A stretch of 61,983 nt of DNA, filler included. It is 7 parts of 7 records of this genome, joined end to end, with 100 filler letters (N's around TTAATTAATTAA, not from the genome) between each part and the next. Parts side by side here need not be neighbours in the genome. Positions count along the whole stretch, not along the records: positions 13,251 to 26,922 come from SRR31156797_28271; positions 27,023 to 36,668 come from SRR31156797_28273; 5 more parts are not named here. One strand, 5' to 3'. The notes beneath the pieces were generated by a model. It did no database searches and was not told the origin of the DNA. It saw only the letters and a list, made by a program, of their open reading frames with translations. Every line of letters begins with the position of its first letter. Within the stretch, counting starts at the first letter, position 1. A program made the position numbers and the translations under genes. Shown piece by piece: positions 21,643 to 31,576 of the stretch.

Positions 21643-21712
21643 AACTACAAATTTAGTTAAAAAATTTGTTAAACTAAAACATTAGTTGTAAGTTTGAACT
21701 AACAATTTAGTT
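21643..21712. promoter_or_regulatory. Three palindromic operators AACTA-N6-TAGTT (putative BlaI sites) around a -7 box
   Basis: Copies at 21643-21658, 21672-21687 and 21697-21712; TAAGTTTG at 21689-21696. Confidence 0.8.
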
Positions 21713-21790
21713 TAATTTTATTTCAAGACAGATATGTTAGCTATTTAAGTAGTAATTTTAATGTATAAGTCTTGCATTTATTCTATAGGA

Positions 21791-22162
21791 ATGAAAGAGT
21801 TAACAAAAGCAGAAGAACAAGTAATGCAGCAACTTTGGGATTTGGGCGAAACCAATGTAAAAAGCATTATCGAAAAATTACCGGAACCCAAACCGGCATA
21901 TAATACCATATCTACTATTGTGAGAATTCTGGAAAACAAAGGTTTTGTAGATCACAAAAAAGCGGGCAAAGGATATGTGTATTTTCCTATTGTAAGTAAA
22001 GAAGTATATAAAAAGGCGTTTATGAAACGTTTTATGTCTCAGTATTTTAAAGGCTCTTTAAAAGAGTTGGTTTCCTTTTTTGCCAAAGAAGACAAAATGG
22101 ATATCAATGAGTTGGAAGAGCTGATGGATGATATTAAAAGTGAAATAAAAGACCAAAAATAA
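21791..22162 (+). CDS. BlaI/MecI/CopY family transcriptional repressor
   Basis: MKELTKAEEQVMQQLW...KPAYNTISTIVRILENKGFV...YFKGSLKELVSFF. Start is the ATG at 21791. Confidence 0.93.
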   Translation: MKELTKAEEQVMQQLWDLGETNVKSIIEKLPEPKPAYNTISTIVRILENKGFVDHKKAGKGYVYFPIVSKEVYKKAFMKRFMSQYFKGSLKELVSFFAKEDKMDINELEELMDDIKSEIKDQK

Positions 22163-22172
22163 ATATTTAGCT

Positions 22173-23507
22173 ATGGAATTTTTCATCAATTATCTTTTAG
22201 AATCGTCAATAATATTGGGCATTCTGGTTGTGTTTTACAGAATTGTATTACATCACGAACCTCTTTTTAAGTTTAACAGGGTATTTCTGTTGCTATCGCT
22301 CGTTTTGGCAACAGTTGTTCCTTTTATACATATTTCTTTGCAGTTCCAATCAAGTAATCAGGTCGATACTTCAGAATTTGTGAATTTGCTGGGTACAGTA
22401 AATGTTTTTGCTGATGATGTAAAGCATTCGGTTGTACCGGTAATCGCCCAAAGCAAATTTTTTAATTGGCTGTACATAGGTGGAGCAATAGGATTATTGG
22501 TTCGGTTGTTAATTGGTTTAGTGCGATTGGGAGCACTTTCCCGAAAGGCAACCTGGATCAAACACAATGGTATTAAAGTGGCAGATTTGCCCGGCCGTTT
22601 TAATCCATTTTCATTTCATCGTGTCATTTTCGTTAATCGATCCAATTATTCAAGTAATGAACTTGAAAAAATATTGATTCATGAAATGGCGCATGTTCGC
22701 TTAAAGCATTCTGTGGATGTTTTACTTTTTGAAATTTTACTAATTGTTCAGTGGTTTAATCCTTTTGCCTGGCTGATAAAGGCTTTGTTAAAGGAATTGC
22801 ACGAATTTCAGGCCGACAGATCTGTTTTAGAGCAGGGAACTTCGGTTGGAGATTACAAAAGTTTGTTATTAAACCAGGCTGCGGGTGCCCGCCTCATGCC
22901 TGTAAATAACTTTAATCAAAGTATTACTAAAAAACGATTTAAAATGATGACCAATAATATTATTAAAAATAAAGCTTTCGTTAAGTATTTTACTTCCTGT
23001 GCAATTATACTGGGTATTAGTATGTTTTTTGCCTGCGAAAATGCAACCTTAGATGATTTATCTAATGAGGAAGAAAGCACAGCTGAATTAAAAAGTGTAG
23101 ATAAAGAGACTGCAGAAGAAGATTTAGCGCCTACCTTTTATATAGTTGAAAAGATGCCGGAATACCCTGGTGGCGAAATGGAATTAAGAATGTTTATTGC
23201 ACGTAATATAAAATACCCTATTGAAGCACAAGAAAAAGGTATTACCGGAAAGGTTTATGTGCAGTTTGTAGTTTCTGAAAGAGGAGAAGTGGTTGAATCC
23301 AAGATTGTAAGAGGCGTAGATGAATCTCTCGATAATGAGGCTTTACGTGTAGTAAATGCAATGCCTGATTGGACGCCTGGTTTGCAACGAGGAGAAAAGG
23401 TAAGGGTTTATTATACCATTCCTATTAATTTTGTAATGCAAAGCAAAGCTCCTGCAAAAACAGTAGAAAAGCCTGATGAAAATGAAGTTACTGTAGTAAC
23501 TTATTGA
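22173..23507 (+). CDS. M56 (BlaR1-like) metallopeptidase fused to a TonB C-terminal domain
   Basis: TM helices, ILIHEMAHVRLKHSVD, QWFNPFAW...HEFQAD; C-terminal VEKMPEYPGG...YPIEA...GKVYVQFVV...WTPG...TIPINF. Confidence 0.92.
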   Translation: MEFFINYLLESSIILGILVVFYRIVLHHEPLFKFNRVFLLLSLVLATVVPFIHISLQFQSSNQVDTSEFVNLLGTVNVFADDVKHSVVPVIAQSKFFNWLYIGGAIGLLVRLLIGLVRLGALSRKATWIKHNGIKVADLPGRFNPFSFHRVIFVNRSNYSSNELEKILIHEMAHVRLKHSVDVLLFEILLIVQWFNPFAWLIKALLKELHEFQADRSVLEQGTSVGDYKSLLLNQAAGARLMPVNNFNQSITKKRFKMMTNNIIKNKAFVKYFTSCAIILGISMFFACENATLDDLSNEEESTAELKSVDKETAEEDLAPTFYIVEKMPEYPGGEMELRMFIARNIKYPIEAQEKGITGKVYVQFVVSERGEVVESKIVRGVDESLDNEALRVVNAMPDWTPGLQRGEKVRVYYTIPINFVMQSKAPAKTVEKPDENEVTVVTY

Positions 23508-23530
23508 TAAGATTCTTTTAAAAGGTATTG

Positions 23531-23560
23531 AAAGTCACTCAGATTTGAGTGGCTTTTTTT
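23531..23560 (+). terminator. Intrinsic terminator
   Basis: AAAGTCACTCA-GATT-TGAGTGGCTTT followed by a T run. Confidence 0.8.
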
Positions 23561-23627
23561 GTTGGTGATAATTGTGTTTCTCTGTTTGTATAGCTAACTT
23601 TCTAATAGTTAATCAAAATAAGCAGCT

Positions 23628-23888
23628 ATGGAAACAAGAATTATTTTAGGAATCAGTGTTTACGATCGTCAAAAAGAAGCCGGAGATGTACAAAAAGTAC
23701 TAACACAATTTGGTTGTTCCATCAGAACACGATTAGGTATGCATGAGGTAAATGAAGATATGTGTAGTAAGCATGGTTTAATTATTTTGGAACTATTTGG
23801 AGATCCTAATGAACAACAAAAGTTGGAAGAAAATCTTAAAATAATTGAAGGTGTAGAAGTTCAAAAGATGGAATTCTCTCAAAAATAA
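23628..23888 (+). CDS. TM1266-like small ACT-fold protein (putative [FeFe]-hydrogenase system regulator)
   Basis: ILGISVYDR...VQKVLTQFGCSIRTRLGMHE...GLIILEL; adjacent to hydG. Confidence 0.75.
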   Translation: METRIILGISVYDRQKEAGDVQKVLTQFGCSIRTRLGMHEVNEDMCSKHGLIILELFGDPNEQQKLEENLKIIEGVEVQKMEFSQK

Positions 23889-24010
23889 AGTATTGTTATT
23901 CAGAACTATGAGTTGATCAGTGAAATGTGCAATGCCAATTAATTGGTAGACGAATACCTTTATATCCGAAAAAGCCATTAATTTTGCACTTTCTAAAGTA
24001 AAAATAAGGC

Positions 24011-25444
24011 ATGTCAATAATTTACCATCCACAAAGGTATAAGCTAGAGGATAAATCGATGGAAAATTTCATTGATGACAATGAGATTCATGAGATTTTA
24101 AGAGAGGCAGAAAATCCTACAAAAGAGCGTGTGCGTGAGGTTATCAGCAAAGCATTGGATAAAAACAGGTTGTCTTTGCAAGAAACAGCCATTCTTGTAA
24201 ATGCCAATGATCCGGAGCTGATCAATGAAATAAAGGAAGCTGCCAAAAGCTTAAAGGAAAGAGTTTACGGAAAGAGAATTGTACTATTTGCACCTTTATA
24301 TATTGGTAATTTATGCATCAATAATTGTACGTATTGCGGTTTTAAAGCCGATAATAAAGCACAAAAAAGAACAACACTTACAACTGACGATTTAGTTGAG
24401 GAAGTTAAAGCGCTTGAAGATGCAGGCCATAAACGATTAATTTTGGTTTACGGTGAGCACCCAAAATATAATGCCCGTTTTATTGCGGAGTCGGTAAAAA
24501 CGGTTTATTCAGTCAAACATAAAAACGGGGAAATCAGAAGAGTTAATATTAATGCTGCTCCTCTTGATGTTGAAGGATTTAAAACGGTTAAAGAAGCCGG
24601 AATTGGTACCTATCAGATTTTTCAGGAAACCTATCACCGGGAAACTTACCTGAAAGTTCACAAAAGTGGTTTGAAAAGGGACTATAATTGGCGTATTACT
24701 GGATTAGACAGAGCCATGGAAGGTGGTATTGATGATTTGGGAATAGGTGCTTTATTGGGACTTTATGATTGGCGATACGAAGTGCTAGGTTTGCTTAGAC
24801 ATGTTAACCATTTTGAAGCAGTATTTAACGTAGGGCCTCATACCATTTCTTTTCCAAGAATACAGGATGCATCCAATATTGATATTGATCCTAAATGGAA
24901 AGTTTCAGATGAAGATTTTACCAAATTAGTGGCTATTTTACGCTTGGCTGTACCATATACTGGATTAATTCTTACCGCCAGAGAACCTGCTGAAATTAGA
25001 GATGAGGTATTACAGTATGGTGTTTCCCAAATTGATGGTGGAACCAATATTGAAATGAAGGGCTACTCTCAGGATGAAGAGCAACAAGATTTAGATAAAG
25101 AACAATTTGTTATCAGCGATGATCGTTCGTTAAATGAAGTAATGGAAGAACTGGTTGGTAACGGCTTTATTCCGTCTTTCTGTACAGCATGTTACCGACT
25201 AGACAGAACAGGAGAGCATTTTATGGAATTCTCAGTTCCTGGATTTATCAAACGTTTTTGTCAGCCGAATGCCATTTTAACTTTGGCAGAGTATTTGGAA
25301 GATTATGCTCCAGAAGAAACCAAGCAAAAAGGGTATCAGTTAATACAAAGTGAGCTGGTAAACTACGAGGATGAGCGTTTTAAGGAAAAGCTGATTGAAC
25401 GATTAGATAAAATTAAACAAGGAAAGCGCGATTTGTATTTTTAA
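24011..25444 (+). CDS. hydG: [FeFe]-hydrogenase H-cluster radical SAM maturase HydG
   Basis: LFAPLY, CINNCTYC (CX3CX2C), GPHTISFPR, and the C-terminal CTAC-X22-C motif that separates HydG from ThiH. Confidence 0.92.
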   Translation: MSIIYHPQRYKLEDKSMENFIDDNEIHEILREAENPTKERVREVISKALDKNRLSLQETAILVNANDPELINEIKEAAKSLKERVYGKRIVLFAPLYIGNLCINNCTYCGFKADNKAQKRTTLTTDDLVEEVKALEDAGHKRLILVYGEHPKYNARFIAESVKTVYSVKHKNGEIRRVNINAAPLDVEGFKTVKEAGIGTYQIFQETYHRETYLKVHKSGLKRDYNWRITGLDRAMEGGIDDLGIGALLGLYDWRYEVLGLLRHVNHFEAVFNVGPHTISFPRIQDASNIDIDPKWKVSDEDFTKLVAILRLAVPYTGLILTAREPAEIRDEVLQYGVSQIDGGTNIEMKGYSQDEEQQDLDKEQFVISDDRSLNEVMEELVGNGFIPSFCTACYRLDRTGEHFMEFSVPGFIKRFCQPNAILTLAEYLEDYAPEETKQKGYQLIQSELVNYEDERFKEKLIERLDKIKQGKRDLYF

Positions 25445-25502
25445 ATTGAAATTAAACTTTAACACTACCTACCATACGTTATTGCTTAAAATCTAAAATT
25501 GT

Positions 25503-26369
25503 ATGAAAAGGATAAATGTAAGTATCATATTACTAATGCTAATTGCATTTAGTTGTGATATTATTGAGAAAGAAGAAAGTACAACGGACACGGTTGAAGC
25601 TAAAGATGCTATTGTGGATTATTCCATTGCTGTTCGTCAATTTCAGGGTGTGGGTAATGAGGTAAACGCAAAAACTGCCGGCATGGAGGATGATGTTGTC
25701 GCAATGATTAAAAGTGCAGCACAAGGCGATTATCCGGTAATAAGCATTGAGCCTGCAGATTTTAGTACATTTCCAAAAACGGTTACTGTTGATTACGGTA
25801 CAGATGGAGTTACCGGTTGGGATGGCCGGCAAAGAAGAGGGAAATTAATCACCACCCTAGAAAATGGCTGGTACCGCGAGATGGGATCGGTGCACACCAC
25901 CACATTCGAAAATTACTATCAAAATGATTATAAGATAGAAGGGGAGCATATTGTGATTAATACCGGAACGAATATGTCTGACCAATATACTTTTAAGGTT
26001 CAGGTTAAGAATGGAAAGATTACAGATGATTCGGGTAATGTGATTCAATTTACACAGGATACCCAGCGTACCTGTATTGAAGGAGAAGAAACGCGTTTAA
26101 ACGTTTGGGATGATGTGTATGAAGTTTCCGGAACGCAATCTGGAGAAGCATCAAATGGTGTTGTATTTGACCTAACCACAAGAAATGATAATCCATTATT
26201 AGTTGATTTATCTTGTCCTTATATTAAAAGTGGAATTCTGGATATAGATATTGAAGGTTTACCTACTATGAATATAGATTATTATCAGGATTTAGACGCA
26301 GATGACCTTGCTGATTGTTCTCCCGGATTTACACTTACGATAGCTGGAGTTAGCACTACCATTCAATAA
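25503..26369 (+). CDS. Uncharacterised Bacteroidetes lipoprotein
   Basis: Lipobox AFSC; beta-rich, acidic sequence; DYG...DGRQRRGKL motif. Confidence 0.75.
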   Translation: MKRINVSIILLMLIAFSCDIIEKEESTTDTVEAKDAIVDYSIAVRQFQGVGNEVNAKTAGMEDDVVAMIKSAAQGDYPVISIEPADFSTFPKTVTVDYGTDGVTGWDGRQRRGKLITTLENGWYREMGSVHTTTFENYYQNDYKIEGEHIVINTGTNMSDQYTFKVQVKNGKITDDSGNVIQFTQDTQRTCIEGEETRLNVWDDVYEVSGTQSGEASNGVVFDLTTRNDNPLLVDLSCPYIKSGILDIDIEGLPTMNIDYYQDLDADDLADCSPGFTLTIAGVSTTIQ

Positions 26370-26387
26370 AAAATCAAATACTTAAAA

Positions 26388-26421
26388 GAATCCCTTGTCA
26401 ATGTTTTGGCAGGGGATTTTT
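26388..26421 (+). terminator. Intrinsic terminator
   Basis: AATCCCTTGTCA...TGGCAGGGGATT hairpin followed by a T run. Confidence 0.7.
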
Positions 26422-26520
26422 TGTTTAAACTAAATGATTCTTGCATTGTTTGAATGGATATAAGAGAACATTCTGCAATCATTTCCTTACATTTAAAAAA
26501 ATCTACAAAACAAAACGACC

Positions 26521-26922
26521 ATGGCCAATTCAAAAATCAGAAAGCAAGATGCTTTGGATTATCATACCAAAGGTACTCCCGGTAAAATAGAAGTCATTCC
26601 AACTAAAGCAACTAAAACACAACGAGATCTGGCTTTAGCTTATTCTCCGGGTGTTGCGGAACCTTGCCGAATGATTGCAGATAACACCGAAGATGTATAT
26701 AAATACACAGCAAAAGGAAACCTGGTGGCCGTTATTTCCAATGGTACTGCAGTATTAGGTTTGGGAAATATTGGCCCGGAAGCTTCAAAGCCGGTGATGG
26801 AAGGAAAAGGCCTGTTATTTAAAATTTTTGCCGGAATAGATGTTTTTGACCTGGAGTTGAATACGACTAATGTTGAGGAATTTATACAGGTAGTAAAAGC
26901 CTTGGAACCAACTTTTGGTGGA
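26521..26922 (+). CDS. maeB: NADP-dependent malic enzyme, N-terminal fragment
   Basis: ALDYH...PGKIEV...[14 protein letters not shown]...[32 protein letters not shown]; cut by the linker. Confidence 0.93.
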
Positions 26923-27022
26923 NNNNNNNNNNNNNNNNNNNNNNNNNNNNNNNNNNNNNNNNNNNNTTAATTAATTAANNNNNNNNNNNNNNNNNNNNNN
27001 NNNNNNNNNNNNNNNNNNNNNN
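26923..27022. other. Artificial contig linker
   Basis: N44-TTAATTAATTAA-N44. Confidence 0.99.
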
Positions 27023-27164
<142 letters not shown>

Positions 27165-27187
27165 AATTTCGACGAAATATTTTAGAT

Positions 27188-27227
27188 AGGATGGCATCTG
27201 TGAATTTACGGATGCCATCCTCTTTTT
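27188..27227 (+). terminator. Intrinsic terminator after pgi
   Basis: AGGATGGCATCTGT-GAATTT-ACGGATGCCATCCT followed by CTTTTT. Confidence 0.85.
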
Positions 27228-27318
27228 ATATCTATAAGGAAAATAAAACCTGGGTGAATAATGTCACTGCAAATTGAGTTAATTGCAAATTCTTGAAGGT
27301 AGAGGATTTTTCAATGAC

Positions 27319-29370
27319 TTATATAAGTTGCTTATTCTCCAATAACTTTTTCAGTTTATTTTGTTTTTCCCAAAACCGATCTTCAATCTTTTGGATGATC
27401 CCTTCAAACTCCGGATTGTTTTTTAAGGGTTTCAAAATTGGATCCTTATCCAGAAATATTAAAACCCAGTACTGGTAATTATCTTGTGTTGCAAAAATTT
27501 TGAGCTGTTCAATAGCATTATCTGGTTTTCCTTCGTATACATATTTTACAGCCAAACTTGCACTTTGGTAAATCGACTGATCTTTTTCACAATATTCAGT
27601 ATATGCATTGAAAAATTTTGAAGCCTGTACTTCTAGCCCCTTCTTTTGGTAGACCAGTGCAATTTTAATATCTTCCTGAGGGTAAATATCCAATCCATAA
27701 CTATCCCTAGCATTTGCAAATTTTTCATAATAGTAGAAGGCACTGTCATATTTTTCCTGGTAATAATAGAATTTTGCTACTTCCTGTAATATGTCCAATC
27801 GGGTTGTATCTTTACTCCATTCCTTTATCGTTCGTTTTTGTGTCTGCTCAATATTACCTTCTTTGGCGAACATGATATATGCTTTCAACAATGGTGAATA
27901 ATAATTTTCAGGATTGTATTTCAGCGACTTGTCGATAGAGTTGTTGGCTTCATCTATAAAGCCACTTTGAATGAGAGCGTTACTCAGTGTCAGGTAAATA
28001 TAGCTTTGGGTGTTGGAATCATTGGCGAAATCGAGTTGAATACCTTTTAAAGCATATTCCAGGTATTTGTCGGTATTAGGAATGGCGCTGGCATATAAAG
28101 CCGCAAGCATTTGAACCACCGACGATGAATTCGGGTTGTATTCCAGCGCTTTCTCGAGATGAGGCAAGGCCAACCGGTACTCTTCAATTTGCATGTAGTA
28201 AAGTGCCTTTGCCATGAGGCTTTCAGTAGATTTGGAATCGTAAAGCAAAGCCTTGTCTGCAAAGTTGTTGATTTGTTCAGTATACTGTTTTAGTTTTTGG
28301 TTTTCATCTAAAAAGTAATACGATATGGCTATATCGGCATAGGCCAGGGCAAATTGCTCATCGTTTTCAATTGCTTTTTCGAATAAAAAAATTGCTTTTT
28401 CCAAACCTTCCTTTGTTCGCGAGTAAAAAGGATCAAGGGCCTGGAGGTAGTAGTCATAAGCCACTACATTTTCCGTAGGTTTTTTCTCAATTTGTTTTAA
28501 TTCAGCGGGTGTTATAATTGCCTCAATGGCATCGGCAATTTTTCGGGCTACATTATTCTGAAGTGTAAATACATCATCCACTTCATGATTATACTGCTCA
28601 GCCCAAATCGGTCTGTCGCCTGAGGCTTCAATTAGTTGGATATTGAGCAAAACCTGATCGCCAACCCGCTGGCCGCTGCCTTCTACTAAATAATTTACAT
28701 TAAGTTCTTCGGCTATTTCCGGAATACTTTTATTGGTGTACCTGTACTTCTCGACCGAGGTTCTGCTAATGACACGCAGATCTCCAATCTTCTGCAAGTT
28801 ATTCAAAGTAGTCTCCATAAGCCCATTCACGAAATACAGATTTAAAGAATCGCTACTTTCATTTTTGAAGGGTAAAACCGCAATCGATTTTTCAATTTCG
28901 GTAGTAACGGTACTTTTTTTATTTAGAAGAAAAACGGTTAAAATGATTACAATCATTAATAAAAATGGTAATATTTGCCACTTGTGTTTTTTTAAAATAT
29001 TAACCTGATTATCTGCATTTTTATCTGTTATTTTACCTTTTCCAACCTCACCCGGTGGATATCCATAAAACTCCCGAAAACATTTAATAAAATAGGATGT
29101 GTTTCCAAAACCAACCTGATATGAAATTTCAGATACTGTGAATGTATTCTGTTTAAGTATTTCCATACTTTTTTTTAACCGGACCTGACGGATAAACTGG
29201 CTGGCAGAAAGCTGGGTGTCTTTTTTTATTTTCCTGAACAAATTAGAACGGCTTATATTCATAACATCAGCCAATTCGGAAACTCCGAATTCTTCATTCG
29301 AGATATTTTCCAAAATAATCGCTTCAGCTTTTTCGATAAAGTCGCTTCCGATATATGATGTGTTCGACAT
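27319..29370 (-). CDS. Membrane-anchored AraC-family regulator (N-terminal HTH, TM, TolB-like domain, TPRs)
   Basis: FGVSELA...SRSNLFRKIK...VGFGNTSYFIKCFREFYGYPP; TM segment; KSIAVLPF...VEGSGQ...IWAEQY; TPR repeats. Likely start is the ATG at 29370. Confidence 0.88.
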   Translation of the reverse strand: MSNTSYIGSDFIEKAEAIILENISNEEFGVSELADVMNISRSNLFRKIKKDTQLSASQFIRQVRLKKSMEILKQNTFTVSEISYQVGFGNTSYFIKCFREFYGYPPGEVGKGKITDKNADNQVNILKKHKWQILPFLLMIVIILTVFLLNKKSTVTTEIEKSIAVLPFKNESSDSLNLYFVNGLMETTLNNLQKIGDLRVISRTSVEKYRYTNKSIPEIAEELNVNYLVEGSGQRVGDQVLLNIQLIEASGDRPIWAEQYNHEVDDVFTLQNNVARKIADAIEAIITPAELKQIEKKPTENVVAYDYYLQALDPFYSRTKEGLEKAIFLFEKAIENDEQFALAYADIAISYYFLDENQKLKQYTEQINNFADKALLYDSKSTESLMAKALYYMQIEEYRLALPHLEKALEYNPNSSSVVQMLAALYASAIPNTDKYLEYALKGIQLDFANDSNTQSYIYLTLSNALIQSGFIDEANNSIDKSLKYNPENYYSPLLKAYIMFAKEGNIEQTQKRTIKEWSKDTTRLDILQEVAKFYYYQEKYDSAFYYYEKFANARDSYGLDIYPQEDIKIALVYQKKGLEVQASKFFNAYTEYCEKDQSIYQSASLAVKYVYEGKPDNAIEQLKIFATQDNYQYWVLIFLDKDPILKPLKNNPEFEGIIQKIEDRFWEKQNKLKKLLENKQLI

Positions 29371-29453
29371 GCCTGTTTTTGTTAAAACGAAAATAGAAAA
29401 ATTTATGCAATTGTATAAAATAGCAGTTCCCGGAATGAGTAAATTAGACTCCC

Positions 29454-29559
29454 GCAACATAAGTGTCAACTGTGCAACATAGTTTTTATGTTTTTCTCAT
29501 AAGTAATAAAATTGGCTACATAGCTCATTGTCTTTGTTTTAACGATTAACTCACCTTTG
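29454..29559 (+). promoter_or_regulatory. Phased direct repeats (GCAACATA-like) plus -7 box, putative AraC-activated promoter
   Basis: CATA cores at 29458, 29478, 29498 and 29519; CACCTTTG at 29552. Confidence 0.5.
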
Positions 29560-29600
29560 TAATACGATTTTCAAAGTCAAAATATTTAAAATTTAAAATC

Positions 29601-30200
29601 ATGAAAACAGTAAAAATTAGTTCGTTTAAAATGTTATTAAGCTTTTCGTTTATTATACTTTTCCTAACAAATGCCTGTGCACAACCGGGCAACGGCAAAA
29701 ATACGAAGCCTGAAAATATATCTGAAACGGTGTCAATTGCCGTTGCACCAAAAATAAATATTCAAGCAGCAATATTATCTGGCAATCTCGAAATCGTTAA
29801 GCAACACATTGAAGCAGGAACTGACATCAATGTAAAAGATCAAATGAGTGGTTCAACGCCATTAATTTCTGCAGCAACCTTCGGCAAAACATCTATTGCC
29901 AAAGCATTAATTGATGCAAATGCAGATTTAGATATAAAAAATAACGAAGGATCGACTGCCTTACACGCAGCAGCATTCTTTGGCCAAATTGAAATTGTAC
30001 AAATGCTCATTGATGCCGGAGCCGATAAAACCATAAAAAACAACCATTGGGCCACTCCCCGGGAATCTGTTACTGCACCATTTGCTGAGATGAAGCCCGT
30101 TTATGAAACAATTGGGAAACAACTCGAACCTTTTGGGTTAAAACTTGATTTAAAAGAACTTGAAATAACCCGCCCTGTTATTGCCATAATGTTGCAGTAA
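29601..30200 (+). CDS. Ankyrin-repeat protein (exported or lipoprotein)
   Basis: GSTPLISAATFG, GSTALHAAAFFG and LIDAGAD ankyrin repeats; signal peptide. Confidence 0.9.
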   Translation: MKTVKISSFKMLLSFSFIILFLTNACAQPGNGKNTKPENISETVSIAVAPKINIQAAILSGNLEIVKQHIEAGTDINVKDQMSGSTPLISAATFGKTSIAKALIDANADLDIKNNEGSTALHAAAFFGQIEIVQMLIDAGADKTIKNNHWATPRESVTAPFAEMKPVYETIGKQLEPFGLKLDLKELEITRPVIAIMLQ

Positions 30201-30307
30201 TTTATTTTAAGACCTTTGTTTGGACTCGAACGAAAAATCAACAAAGTTGAAAAGTGACTGTTATAAATTTTACGATGAATTAAAACATCCTGAAAAAAAT
30301 TGAGATA

Positions 30308-31360
30308 ATGACGAAAAAACAAGTAAAACTAATACTCAGAATAGTTTTTATAATTGCAAGTATAAGTTCTTTGGCATTCGTACCATGGATTTTGGTGAAA
30401 GCCTGGATTTCACCACTTCCCGAAACTGTTCAGGAACAAGTAAATGAAGCAATAAAATATAAATTTGATGGAATTATTGTTTATGTAGGCCAGGAAGGGA
30501 AAGAGCCAGCTTTTTACGCTGCTGGTTGGAAAAACAGGGAAAATAAAATACCTGCCGACCCACATTCATTGTTCAAGATTGCCAGTATCAGTAAATTATA
30601 TGATGCTGTTGCTATTACAAAACTGGTACACGACGGGCGCTTGTCATTAGATAAAACACTAGCCGATTATTTTCCGGAATTGGTAGGAAGAATTGAAAAT
30701 GCAGGTATAATAACCCTGCGAATGATGGTACAACATCGTAGTGGTATTCCTAATTTAACTGATGCTCCAAACTTTTGGTCAGACCCACCGAAAAATAGTA
30801 AAGAAGCGCTTGAATTAATACTGGATTTACCGGCTGATTTTGAACCGGATAAAAAATACAAGTATTCGAATACCAACTATCTGTTGATCGCTGAACTCAT
30901 AGAAAAGATTGTGGGATACAGTAAATTTGAATATATCAGGGAGGAAATTTTAACACCTCTGGGATTAAAAAATACTTTCGGCTCAATTAAAGAAGTAAAC
31001 CCCAACGATGTGATGAGTGGTTACTATGTTGGCATTGAGGAGGATATGAAAAATTCTGATTATGGCTCCAAGCTCACTTCAATGATCGCTTCAGCCGAAG
31101 ATGTGGGTATATTTTTAAGGGCTTTAAATAATGGTTCGTTATTTAAGGAAGGAGAACAGGAAATCTATTCATCCATTTATGTGTATAACCACACGGGGTT
31201 GATTCCGGGCTATCAAAGTATAGCAAAATACCATAAAAATATCGACACAGTAGTTATTCAATTTACAAATACAACCGATTTTAATGGTTACAACTGGAAT
31301 TTATCGGAGATAATCTATAATCGTATTGTAAGAATATTGAAACGCGAAAATAAATCTTAA
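30308..31360 (+). CDS. Serine hydrolase, beta-lactamase class C-like family
   Basis: IASISK (SxxK), YSNTNY (YxN), HTG motifs; N-terminal TM segment. Confidence 0.9.
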   Translation: MTKKQVKLILRIVFIIASISSLAFVPWILVKAWISPLPETVQEQVNEAIKYKFDGIIVYVGQEGKEPAFYAAGWKNRENKIPADPHSLFKIASISKLYDAVAITKLVHDGRLSLDKTLADYFPELVGRIENAGIITLRMMVQHRSGIPNLTDAPNFWSDPPKNSKEALELILDLPADFEPDKKYKYSNTNYLLIAELIEKIVGYSKFEYIREEILTPLGLKNTFGSIKEVNPNDVMSGYYVGIEEDMKNSDYGSKLTSMIASAEDVGIFLRALNNGSLFKEGEQEIYSSIYVYNHTGLIPGYQSIAKYHKNIDTVVIQFTNTTDFNGYNWNLSEIIYNRIVRILKRENKS

Positions 31361-31576
31361 CACGAAATAAGTATTGGCAGGGAATTTATCTAATATAATT
31401 ACCATACTAGCAAAGAAATCTTTTTATGTTTTTTCTGAATTTTAATGAAGAGGTTATTCCGTTATTTAATTAAAAAGGCAGACTCAGCGAATGCCCTAAC
31501 CAGAAGGCAAACGTATTACAAGTGTTTACTAATTAACCCAAAAAATGATTGTGTTTGCTGAAGTAAGGATGCAGAG

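Noticed and set aside
24011-25444. ThiH (thiazole synthesis) annotation
   Set aside because: The C-terminal CX2CX22C extension, the TM1266-like neighbour and the absence of thi genes indicate HydG.
30308-31360. Antibiotic-resistance beta-lactamase
   Set aside because: SxxK/YxN/HTG only define the broad serine hydrolase family, and BlaI lies on a different contig.
31440-31570. Weak inverted repeat (CTCAGCGAA...TTTGCTGAAG), possible small RNA between convergent genes
   Set aside because: Pairing is too imperfect to support by eye; it would need an Rfam/covariance search.
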